From positions 1 through 64,000 of the IMG/VR virus record IMGVR_UViG_3300028837_001424: a DNA stretch of 64,000 bases; one strand, given 5' to 3'. The position numbers were made by a program, and so were the translations under genes. Positions 55,810 to 64,000 of this stretch are shown here, piece by piece. The notes beneath the pieces were generated by a model. It did not search any database and was not told where the DNA came from. It saw only the letters and a list, made by a program, of their open reading frames with translations. How positions within the stretch are numbered: position 1 is the first letter of the stretch; each line of letters starts with the position of its first letter. This DNA is from a virus.

Positions 55810-56496
55810 ATGAAAGTTGTCATGATAGCCAGGAGTAAAAACGAGGCATTGAATATAGGAAGGTTTTGCAACGCCTATCGGGATTGTGTTGACATGATAC
55901 TTCTGGCAGATGGAGGGAGCGAAGACAATACCGTTGACATTGCAAAAGGCTTCAAGAATGTGCAGGTACGCCATTTCAAGGAACGAATGGAATTTCCAGG
56001 AGGAGTTTGGAGGAATCCTCACGGCAAACACATGAACTTTCTTATTGATTGGGCATTAGAGGAAGATCCCGACTGGATTATCTTTGATGATATTGATTGT
56101 ATACCGACCGAGGCACTTCGATTAAATCTTCGAGAAATAATGGCGAACGCCGATCATCCCTCAATTTGGCTTTATCGGTTATATGTTTGGGGGAAGGATC
56201 AATATTTTCCCAAACTTAATGAGCCAGGTAAAAGTATATATGCCTGGAAGCCCGAATTGGGTATAGTGGCACAAAACGAGCCGCCCTTAGCGTGTGTTCT
56301 TTTAAATGTTCCAAGCGATACTAAGGGAGTGATTCTTGAGCCTCCGTTTTGTATTATGCATTATTTTTGTCAGACCGAAGAGTTGGCCCAGGCCAAGTTG
56401 GAATTCTACAGGGCTACTGGAGAACAGACGGGCATACAACATCCGAGCAAATTTGGCGGGCCATTGGAATATTTGCCCGATTGGGCGCATGAGTGA
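55810..56496 (+). CDS. GT2 glycosyltransferase (paralog 1)
   Basis: KNEA.NI, ADGGSEDNT, DWIIFDDID. Confidence 0.85.
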   Translation: MKVVMIARSKNEALNIGRFCNAYRDCVDMILLADGGSEDNTVDIAKGFKNVQVRHFKERMEFPGGVWRNPHGKHMNFLIDWALEEDPDWIIFDDIDCIPTEALRLNLREIMANADHPSIWLYRLYVWGKDQYFPKLNEPGKSIYAWKPELGIVAQNEPPLACVLLNVPSDTKGVILEPPFCIMHYFCQTEELAQAKLEFYRATGEQTGIQHPSKFGGPLEYLPDWAHE

Positions 56497-56501
56497 AATA
56501 G

Positions 56502-57188
56502 ATGAAGATTGTGGTAGTGGTCAGAACCAAGAATGAGGTTCGTAACATAGCTCGATTTTGCGCTGCATATAAAGAATGCGCTGATCTTATTCTCGTGGCG
56601 GATGGCGGAAGTGAGGATTATACAGTACCCATTGCCAAATGCTTCAATAATGTAAAGGTTCGCCACTTTGAAGAACGCATTGAATTTCCAGGAGGCTTGT
56701 GGCGCAATCCGCATGGCAAACACATGAACTTTATGTTTGATTGGGCGGTTGACGAGGGTGCGGACTGGATTATTTTTGACGATTGCGATTCTGTTCCTAC
56801 CGCTACGCTGAAAGAGAACATTCGGGAAATAATGACGAGTGCCGTCCATCCAACAATTTTCGCAGACAGATTGTATATTTGGGGTAGGAATAAATATTTC
56901 CCCAAACTTAATGAATCGTGGACGCCTTTATATGCCTGGAGACCAGAAGCGGGTATAGTGGCAGAAGAGAGAAATCCAATAGCGTGCCAGATATTGAATA
57001 TACCGCCAGTGGAAGAACGCGTAATTCTTAAGCCGCCGCTGTGTTGTTTGCATTATTTTTGTCCAGACAAGGAGACTGCACAAGCTAAACTAGATTTCTA
57101 TATAACTATCGGCGAGCAAAAAGACGCAACGCATCCGCTTGAATTCGGAGGGCCATTAGAAGATTTACCGGAGTGGGCACATGAATAA
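56502..57188 (+). CDS. GT2 glycosyltransferase (paralog 2, tandem duplicate)
   Basis: Same 228-aa length and long identical blocks with 55810-56496. Confidence 0.85.
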   Translation: MKIVVVVRTKNEVRNIARFCAAYKECADLILVADGGSEDYTVPIAKCFNNVKVRHFEERIEFPGGLWRNPHGKHMNFMFDWAVDEGADWIIFDDCDSVPTATLKENIREIMTSAVHPTIFADRLYIWGRNKYFPKLNESWTPLYAWRPEAGIVAEERNPIACQILNIPPVEERVILKPPLCCLHYFCPDKETAQAKLDFYITIGEQKDATHPLEFGGPLEDLPEWAHE

Positions 57189-57789
57189 AGTTGTAGCGTT
57201 GGCCATGAATTATAAATGCCTTTTGGGTTATCAAGAGCCTTATGAAGAGCCGATTGTTTTTCTAAAGTCTAGAGAAGCCATCATCGGACCTGGAGAGACA
57301 ATCTTTATACCTCATGATGCTATTGTTTGGCCAGAGGTTGAATTGGCTATTATTATTGGCAAGCAGGCTAGGAATGTTTTGCCCAAGGATGCTTATAAAT
57401 ATATTATTGCGTATGCGATCGCAAATGATGTTACGGCATATTATGGGGATGAACGAGATGTGCATTATGCTAAATCCAAATGCCCAGACACATTTCTGCC
57501 AATGAGCCATATTGTATATGCGCCCGAAGCACCTATCTGGAAATCTCAAGAACTAACCACATTCATTAATAGCCATAGGGTGCAAGCTGGCAATGTTGGA
57601 GACATGATTTTTGGAGTTGAAAAAGCGGTAGAATTTATTTCTAGTTGGATGACGCTCAATAAAGGCGATGTTATTATAACTGGTACGCCCTGGCACAATC
57701 GACCAGAATTACACGACGGCGATATCGTGACTGTTGCGATTGAGGGATTGGGCGAAGTGATTAATCCGGTAAAACTAAGGAAAAACTAA
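57181..57789 (+). CDS. Fumarylacetoacetate hydrolase family protein
   Basis: EVELAIIIGK, NDVTA, KCPDTF, GDVIITGTP. Confidence 0.88.
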   Translation: MNKVVALAMNYKCLLGYQEPYEEPIVFLKSREAIIGPGETIFIPHDAIVWPEVELAIIIGKQARNVLPKDAYKYIIAYAIANDVTAYYGDERDVHYAKSKCPDTFLPMSHIVYAPEAPIWKSQELTTFINSHRVQAGNVGDMIFGVEKAVEFISSWMTLNKGDVIITGTPWHNRPELHDGDIVTVAIEGLGEVINPVKLRKN

Positions 57790-59282
57790 TGGCTCATTCT
57801 ATAACGCAGTTCAAAGATAAATATAAGGGCGAGCGCTGCTTCATTATAGGGAACGGTCCAAGCCTTGCTCGAACACCACTTAGTTTAATTAAGGGAGAAT
57901 ACTCTATTGGCATAAACAGGATAGGGATGCGATATGATAAAACCGATTGGCGTCCCAGTCACTTCTTGTGTGTTACTCAATGGGTAAAGAAGGACGATTA
58001 TCGGGCAGATGTACTAAAATCAATCGATCTTGGCATACCTTGTTTTATAGGCGAACGTATTAGACACTTTATTAATCGGGAAGATGAAAACATCACTTGG
58101 GTTGATTGTACTTTTCCACACGCGGATGAATCGTATGACATAAACAAAACAAGTCTAAAGTGGTGGCTTAGAGATATATCAGATGGGATATTGAATTATT
58201 ATTCGAATGCAACATTTGCAGCAACGAAGCTGGCGGTTTATATGGGTTTTAATCCGTTAATTTTTGTCGGTTGTGATTTGGGCTGGAAAGGTTTAAATTA
58301 TTTGGAATACGGCCTAGACCATGATCATTTTGATAATCGTTATGAAGACGCAACTTTTGAAAAACCCGCTGACCATTGGGACAAATTCAATCCTGATGCA
58401 ATTCGAGCGCACGAGATTATAAGAGTTTGTACAAAGAGTATAGGGGTAGATGTTTACAATGCCACTTTGGGCGGCGAGCTTGAAGTATATCCAAGAGTTA
58501 ATTTTTTGAAGACGGCCATGAAGATTTCTGAACCGCAACCCAAGGGGCTTGATGTGAAAGAACTACTGGGCCAATATAAGGGAGAAAGGATTTTCATAGT
58601 CGGCTGCTCAAAGAGTCTTACGGTAGAACAACTTGATCTTATTAAGGGCGAGTATTCGTTTGGATTAAATCGTATTGCGATGTTATACGACGAAACCGAA
58701 TGGAGGCCGACCTTTTATAAAGCGGCACCACCAGAATATTTGAGCTATAAGCCCTTTAGAGATGATGTAATCAGATCCATAGAGCTTGGAATTCCCTCGT
58801 TCTTGTGTGTTCGCTTACGCTCACACGTAGAAAACGGCATTGAGTATGGTATTGGTGATGCATACGATAATGTTCATTATATTTCATGCACGGCTAGGAC
58901 TCATGGCGAGGATCTTGAGTGGTGGGCAACAAACTATAAAGAAGGGGGAAACGTCGGACGATATTCAAGCTCCACTTTTAGATCGGCCATGATTGCGATC
59001 AAAATGGGTTTTGAGGAGATCGTATTTATCGGCGTAGATATGGATTATCAGATACACGAAGAGGATGGTCCTGACCCCAACCATTTTGCCCCTGACTATG
59101 TTCCAAGACTTGGGCGCTCCGATGTTCATTTAGAGGCGATTAATAAATCGTTTTTAGAGCAATATGAAAGGTTAGAGGAACAAGCCAAATTCTTGGGCAT
59201 TAAGGTGATAAACGCAACAGAAGGTGGGCTACTTGAAGTTTTCCCGCGAGCCAATTTAAAAGAATTAATTAAAAGGGAATAA
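57789..59282 (+). CDS. Tandem double DUF115/MptE-like (Maf-like) protein
   Basis: Two YKGER.FI.G...NRI...MGF..I.F.G.D...HF...NAT.GG.LEV.PR units. Confidence 0.8.
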   Translation: MAHSITQFKDKYKGERCFIIGNGPSLARTPLSLIKGEYSIGINRIGMRYDKTDWRPSHFLCVTQWVKKDDYRADVLKSIDLGIPCFIGERIRHFINREDENITWVDCTFPHADESYDINKTSLKWWLRDISDGILNYYSNATFAATKLAVYMGFNPLIFVGCDLGWKGLNYLEYGLDHDHFDNRYEDATFEKPADHWDKFNPDAIRAHEIIRVCTKSIGVDVYNATLGGELEVYPRVNFLKTAMKISEPQPKGLDVKELLGQYKGERIFIVGCSKSLTVEQLDLIKGEYSFGLNRIAMLYDETEWRPTFYKAAPPEYLSYKPFRDDVIRSIELGIPSFLCVRLRSHVENGIEYGIGDAYDNVHYISCTARTHGEDLEWWATNYKEGGNVGRYSSSTFRSAMIAIKMGFEEIVFIGVDMDYQIHEEDGPDPNHFAPDYVPRLGRSDVHLEAINKSFLEQYERLEEQAKFLGIKVINATEGGLLEVFPRANLKELIKRE

Positions 59283-59283
59283 A

Positions 59284-60117
59284 ATGAACAAAATTATGGG
59301 TTTCATTGAGCATTTATTGGGCTGGGAAATTGAAAAAAAGCCCAACAAAACAGAAAATCGCTTGACAAACAGGCGAATACCTATGAATAAGATTGCGGTT
59401 ATTATACCCGCCAGACTTGCATCAACGAGATTTCCTCGCAAGGCCTTGGCCGATATATATGGAAAGCCCGTGATACAAAGAGTTTACGAGGCGGCTAGCC
59501 AAGCCAAAGGTATAGCTGACGCATTTGTTGCGACGCCCGATGTTGAATTGGCAGAGGTCGTCGAATCCTTTGGTGGCAAGTATATTATGACTGGTCCACA
59601 AGACACTTGTCTAGGAAGATGCTCGGAGGCAATGAGAGACGACGCACTTTTTGATTATTATGGGGCAGTTATTGCACAGGGCGACGAGCCTATGTTGAAG
59701 CCCGAAATGCTTGATGTAGCAGTTGAGGCACTTGGCAAGTATGGTGTTTGTTGGTTAGTAAAAAAGATTCTGCCCCATGAAGATCCAACCGACATCAATA
59801 TGATAAAGTGTGCTTTGAATAGTAACGGCAATATTATTTATGTTTCGCGCGGGGCAATTCCTATCCCTACGCCTGAAGGAGACCATGACTTTATACCAAC
59901 TTATTATAAACAAGTAGGCGTAGTCGCATTTGGCAGAAGAATGCTAATCGAATTCAATAATCTTGAAAGAGGACCACTGGAGAAATGCGAGGGTATAGAT
60001 TTGCTCAGATTTCTTGAGCATGGCGTAATAGTAAGTTCGGCTCTTTCGCCCTATGATACACAATCGCTTGACACCCCAGAAGATTTGGAACGAATACTGG
60101 ACATGTGGCCTAAATGA
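59284..60117 (+). CDS. kdsB: CMP-Kdo synthetase-like cytidylyltransferase
   Basis: IIPARLASTRFPRKALADI, QGDEP, LEKCEGIDLLRFLE, DTPEDL. Confidence 0.85.
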   Translation: MNKIMGFIEHLLGWEIEKKPNKTENRLTNRRIPMNKIAVIIPARLASTRFPRKALADIYGKPVIQRVYEAASQAKGIADAFVATPDVELAEVVESFGGKYIMTGPQDTCLGRCSEAMRDDALFDYYGAVIAQGDEPMLKPEMLDVAVEALGKYGVCWLVKKILPHEDPTDINMIKCALNSNGNIIYVSRGAIPIPTPEGDHDFIPTYYKQVGVVAFGRRMLIEFNNLERGPLEKCEGIDLLRFLEHGVIVSSALSPYDTQSLDTPEDLERILDMWPK

Positions 60118-60926
60118 ATAATAGAGTTGCAGCCATCATTGTTAATTATAATATGCCCGAAAGAACAGATGCCTTATGTTCTTATATAAAGGTACATGTT
60201 AAATGGCCCTACGATCTTATTGTTGTAGATAATGGTAGTGATCCAAAATATCCGTCCGAATGGACTACCGTTAAGCTTCAACAAAATGTACAAACAACAA
60301 ATGGCTGGTTGTGTGGTGTTGCCTATGCAAAAGGATTAGCTAGTATGCGCAAGGAGCCTTATTTGGGCTACTGGTTCATGATAACAAGTGCCGAGTTTGT
60401 AAAAGAAAGCAAAGACCCGCTTACGCCAATAGCGAATATATTGCTGGATATACCCGACGCGGTTGTGGCCTCGCCGGCGCTTACCAAGGATAGCACAACT
60501 GCACATGTACAAATGATAACAAGAGGAGGCAACGACCCAAGACGCACATGGCTACTTGATAACATTGCTGCGTTATGGAGGGCAGATTGGCTCGATTCCA
60601 TTGGCGGTTTCCCGCCAGAACTTACCATGGCCTGGGGTTGTGATTTTGAAACCTGTTATCTTGCAAGAAAGGCTGGCAAAAGTATCTGGATACACGAGGG
60701 CACGCGTGTCAAAAAAATAAGTGACATAGGTTACACAATGGATCGCATGGGAATGACCGCTGAGGAGAGAGGCCCTATGGCCGGTCTTGAAATGAGGAAT
60801 TATCTTGTGCCTAAATACGGCGAAGATTATGACGCAAGACTTCATAAGGAATACACAGACCCAAAATGGTGTAGTCGTGTTACAAGGATAAATGAATGGC
60901 AGCCTTCTGCCGATAAGGAGAATTAA
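60114..60926 (+). CDS. GT2-like glycosyltransferase
   Basis: IIVNYN, VVDNGSD, IGGF..WGCD. Confidence 0.75.
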   Translation: MNNRVAAIIVNYNMPERTDALCSYIKVHVKWPYDLIVVDNGSDPKYPSEWTTVKLQQNVQTTNGWLCGVAYAKGLASMRKEPYLGYWFMITSAEFVKESKDPLTPIANILLDIPDAVVASPALTKDSTTAHVQMITRGGNDPRRTWLLDNIAALWRADWLDSIGGFPPELTMAWGCDFETCYLARKAGKSIWIHEGTRVKKISDIGYTMDRMGMTAEERGPMAGLEMRNYLVPKYGEDYDARLHKEYTDPKWCSRVTRINEWQPSADKEN

Positions 60927-60927
60927 A

Positions 60928-61794
60928 ATGGCCAAAGACCCTGCAGTGGGACCTATTACTAGATATGACAAATTCGGGAACGCAAGAGTTGATCGAGGAG
61001 AGGCACTACCCGTTGTTCCAGTAGAGGAAGTAATTGAGTATGCTCCCGAAAAGAAGGACATGAAGACGATCATTTTGGCTGGCGGTCATGGTACTAGATT
61101 GCAGGATGAAACCGAGGGGAAGATCCCTAAGCCATTGGTAAAGATTGGCCTAATGACAATGCTTCAACACATCATTTACCTTTATGAAGGCCAAGGCAAT
61201 AGCCAGTTCATAGTGGCGGGTGGCTATAAGGCAGACGCGTTGTTGAAATGGCGAGAAGAATTGCATGATGTGTTTGGGCATCGTGAATTAAATGTTCTTA
61301 TAACCGATACTGGCGTAGAGACGCAGACTGGTGGCCGGCTTCTACGTTTAAAATATTACTTGTCTAAACCGTTCATGATGACCTATGGCGATGGCTTGTC
61401 TGATATAAATTTATCGGCGCTTGCGGAGTTTCATGATCGAATGGTTATTGATCACAACATTCTTGTTACTTTGACTGCGGTAAGACCGCCAGCGCGCTTT
61501 GGAAATCTTGTAATCGAAAACGGTCTTGCAAAGCTATTTGTAGAAAAATCGCAGGCTACAGGTGGTTGGATCAATGGCGGTTTCTATATTATCCAGCCAG
61601 ATGCTTTGAATTTGATCAGCGGTGATTCCTGTAGATGGGAATATGATGTTTTGCCTACATTGGCAATTCAGGGAAGGCTTGCCGCATACCAGCATACTGG
61701 TTATTTTCAAATGTGCGACACATCGCGAGATCTGGAATCACTGAGAAGTATATGGGAGCTTGGAAATGCCCCATGGGCGAGGTTATTTAAATGA
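60928..61794 (+). CDS. rfbF: Glucose-1-phosphate cytidylyltransferase
   Basis: ILAGGHGTRL, PKPLV, DTG..TQTGGRL, MTYGDG, WINGGF, DT.RD. Confidence 0.88.
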   Translation: MAKDPAVGPITRYDKFGNARVDRGEALPVVPVEEVIEYAPEKKDMKTIILAGGHGTRLQDETEGKIPKPLVKIGLMTMLQHIIYLYEGQGNSQFIVAGGYKADALLKWREELHDVFGHRELNVLITDTGVETQTGGRLLRLKYYLSKPFMMTYGDGLSDINLSALAEFHDRMVIDHNILVTLTAVRPPARFGNLVIENGLAKLFVEKSQATGGWINGGFYIIQPDALNLISGDSCRWEYDVLPTLAIQGRLAAYQHTGYFQMCDTSRDLESLRSIWELGNAPWARLFK

Positions 61795-62840
61795 CAGACG
61801 ATTTGATTAAGCAATTGAAAAACCAACGAGTTTTGGTAACCGGTGCCACTGGTTTTATGGGCCAAAGGCTTGTCGATATTTTATTGAGCGCGGGAGCGTA
61901 TGTAAGCGCGCTAGTACTTGACATTGATTTTGCCAGTCGGTTTTATAGAGAAACCTACATGAGTTGTCTGGCCAATCGAATAGAGAAAACCATCACCGGT
62001 GATCTGCGCAATTACTTTGACTGTGAACGGGCAGTTGCCGAATCGAGACCTACTATCATATTTCATTTGGCGGCCATAACCCAGGTATGCGATGCAAGCA
62101 GGATGCCTCTACAAGCGTTTGATTCGAACATTATGGGTACGGCCAATCTGCTTGAGGCGGCGCGCAAGATAGCTCCTGGAGAGATTGCAATAGTAGTTGC
62201 TTCAAGCGATAAAGCGTTTGGTGAACCAATTGACGAGATGCCATTTAATGAAAACTCAGTACTAAACCCTATTCATCCTTACGATGTATCTAAGGCATCG
62301 GCGGATCTGGTTGCGAGATGTTACGCTTTACATTATGGAGAAAAAGTTGCCATTACTCGTTGCGGAAATGTATACGGGCCGGGCGATATCAATTGGCAGC
62401 GCCTCATACCCGAAGCGATTAGGTGTGGCCTAACTGGTAAAACGCTGATCATTCGTAGCGATGGGTCACTGGTGAGAGAATACAATTATGTCGATGACAT
62501 AATTGATGCTTACATTCGGATTGCGCTTTCACTCATGCCTTGGGGCGGTCAACCTGAGCCATGGGCGCTGGGTACATCTTGGACGGTTTCAGATAATCGA
62601 GGACGTATGAGCGTTTTAGAAATAGTAGATAAGATAAGCGCCGTCATAAATCAAGATATCAAAATTGATATATTAGGAAAAGCTCAAGACGAGACGGGAG
62701 AATTGATACTTGAATCTGGTTTAATTAGACGCAAATTGGATTGGCGACCAAAAACGGAACTGCCAGAAGGCCTACGAAAAACTACCAGATGGCTTGTCAA
62801 GCACCTAAGAAGTAGAGGTGAGGTTGTAAAAACGGTATGA
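61791..62840 (+). CDS. rfbG: CDP-glucose 4,6-dehydratase-like SDR
   Basis: VTGATGFMG, FHLAA, SSDKA, PYDVSKA, RCGNVYGPGD; follows rfbF. Confidence 0.75.
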   Translation: MTDDLIKQLKNQRVLVTGATGFMGQRLVDILLSAGAYVSALVLDIDFASRFYRETYMSCLANRIEKTITGDLRNYFDCERAVAESRPTIIFHLAAITQVCDASRMPLQAFDSNIMGTANLLEAARKIAPGEIAIVVASSDKAFGEPIDEMPFNENSVLNPIHPYDVSKASADLVARCYALHYGEKVAITRCGNVYGPGDINWQRLIPEAIRCGLTGKTLIIRSDGSLVREYNYVDDIIDAYIRIALSLMPWGGQPEPWALGTSWTVSDNRGRMSVLEIVDKISAVINQDIKIDILGKAQDETGELILESGLIRRKLDWRPKTELPEGLRKTTRWLVKHLRSRGEVVKTV

Positions 62841-63319
62841 ATGGTTTGATTGATGGCGTAAGTGTGACGGATCTAAAAGTTATTAAGGATGAGCGCGGGG
62901 CCGTATGGCATATGCTGCGCGCGGGCAATATGCCATTTTTTGAGCCAATGGGAGAAGTATATTTTTCAATGGTGCGTCCAAATGTTGTAAAGGCCTGGCA
63001 CTGTCATAAAGCCATGAGGCTAAATTATTGCTGTGTTGTTGGAGAAATTCAATTAGGATTAGTGGATCTGAGGCTATCCAGTCCAACTTTTGGCATAGAG
63101 AATACAATATATTTAAGTGACGGAATGTTACCGAATTACAAATTAGTTAGCATACCGCCGCTTGTATGGAACGGGTTTAGAAGTCTTGCTATAAACAACA
63201 ATAGCGCGCTTATGGCCAATATGGCCACGCTTCCGCATGATCCAGAAGAAATAGTTAGAGTCCACCCTAGAGAATTTCCAGTAGATTATTATTGGGGAGA
63301 TTACGAAATAGCGGGCTAA
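62837..63319 (+). CDS. rfbC: NDP-4-keto-6-deoxy-sugar 3,5-epimerase (RmlC-like cupin)
   Basis: DERG, VKAWHCH, DLR..SPTFG, IPP.VWNGF. Confidence 0.8.
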   Translation: MNGLIDGVSVTDLKVIKDERGAVWHMLRAGNMPFFEPMGEVYFSMVRPNVVKAWHCHKAMRLNYCCVVGEIQLGLVDLRLSSPTFGIENTIYLSDGMLPNYKLVSIPPLVWNGFRSLAINNNSALMANMATLPHDPEEIVRVHPREFPVDYYWGDYEIAG

Positions 63320-63392
63320 TTGCGCCCAGGCACGCAGGAGCGTGTAGGAGACGATTTTTGATGGAAAACATGATACAGGACACCTTAATCCG

Positions 63393-63758
63393 ATGATGAT
63401 CATTGTAAACTGTCGGGCGCTATATTCTTGCCCATGGATTTCATATTTACTCAGTGAGCTACAACCAGCCGAAAATCAGGTTGTAGTATGCGGGATGCTC
63501 TCCGACTATGACAGCGGCAAGATTGAAGCCGCCAAAGCAGCGTTCCGAGCGATAGATTACGAGATCTGCCAGGATAATAACTTGCGTAGTCATGTTGCAA
63601 TGCTCAATCTATTGACAAATCGGCACCAGGAAAAGACGGGCGACTTCCTGCTTGTAAGCAGTATACCTGCCGATCAGGAAGCCGCCGTATCGATCGGCAT
63701 GGAATATATTCAACCGGAGTTGTTCGATGTAGTTTATAAAGGATTGATTAATGGCTAA
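63393..63758 (+). CDS. Hypothetical protein, degenerate HAD-like
   Basis: C-terminal ADQEAAVSIGMEYI. Confidence 0.45.
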   Translation: MMIIVNCRALYSCPWISYLLSELQPAENQVVVCGMLSDYDSGKIEAAKAAFRAIDYEICQDNNLRSHVAMLNLLTNRHQEKTGDFLLVSSIPADQEAAVSIGMEYIQPELFDVVYKGLING

Positions 63759-64000
63759 TAAGCAATCAAGGCTTAAGCTCCAAATAGCCGGTCTGGCTGA
63801 TATCTACGCCGAGAGAGAGTATCGAGGCCAGGAAGAATTCAAGGCTGGAAAAACCTATATACCTCCAAGCGGAAAAGTTGTTCGAGGCCTAGAGGCGGCG
63901 TATGGCGTAGAGGCCGTTCTTGACGGTTGGCTTACGGAGGGCCGTTGGGTTGATCAATTCGAAAAGAAACTAGCGTCTTACATCAGCGTCAGATATGCAT
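63751..64000 (+). CDS. rfbH: RfbH/DdhC-like CDP-4-keto-6-deoxyglucose 3-dehydrase (DegT family), runs off the window
   Basis: Not in the ORF track; reads MANKQ...FKAGKTYIPPSGKV...AVLDGWLTEGRW..QFEKKLA. Confidence 0.8.
   Translation, partial: MANKQSRLKLQIAGLADIYAEREYRGQEEFKAGKTYIPPSGKVVRGLEAAYGVEAVLDGWLTEGRWVDQFEKKLASYISVRYA

Noticed and set aside
49674-64000. Host O-antigen or capsule locus marking a prophage boundary
   Set aside because: No wzx/wzy/wzm/wzt or initiating transferase; it is interspersed with phage-like hypothetical ORFs, co-oriented with the structural genes, and no att site or integrase is visible.

Overview
This window is a 64-kb fragment of a large tailed-phage (Caudoviricetes-like) genome. 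No integrase, att site or host core genes are visible. 1-3.1 kb: small leftward early/accessory ORFs. 3.2-22.9 kb: rightward accessory region with an intein-containing GDP-mannose 4,6-dehydratase, three orphan DNA amino-methyltransferases (one with an intein), an MmcB-like nuclease, a Fic protein, three tRNAs and a cluster of structured non-coding elements. That cluster includes a ~106-nt tmRNA-like RNA with no mRNA domain and two paralogous ~120-nt RNAs. 22.9-40.7 kb: head module with TerS, TerL (carrying a Gln1 class-3 intein), a portal-MuF fusion, protease/scaffold and MCP. Between portal and protease lie four ORFs built from repeated copies of one short peptide tag (…PH[CVY]G-x4/5-GGS[RK]…). 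Each copy precedes a different cargo domain: an Apk2-like (p)ppApp synthetase, a GNAT, a VIP2-like ADP-ribosyltransferase and unknown domains; an IapK-like immunity domain and a 2H phosphoesterase lie in the same ORFs. This is the best candidate for an undescribed system, a tag-addressed set of virion-packaged effector polyproteins. 40.8-49.1 kb: repeat-rich fibre/decoration proteins. 49.7-64 kb: a large sugar-nucleotide, glycosyltransferase and Maf-like cluster (RfbD, KdsB, RfbF/G/C/H), probably for virion glycosylation. All family calls come from motif recognition by eye; no database searches were run.
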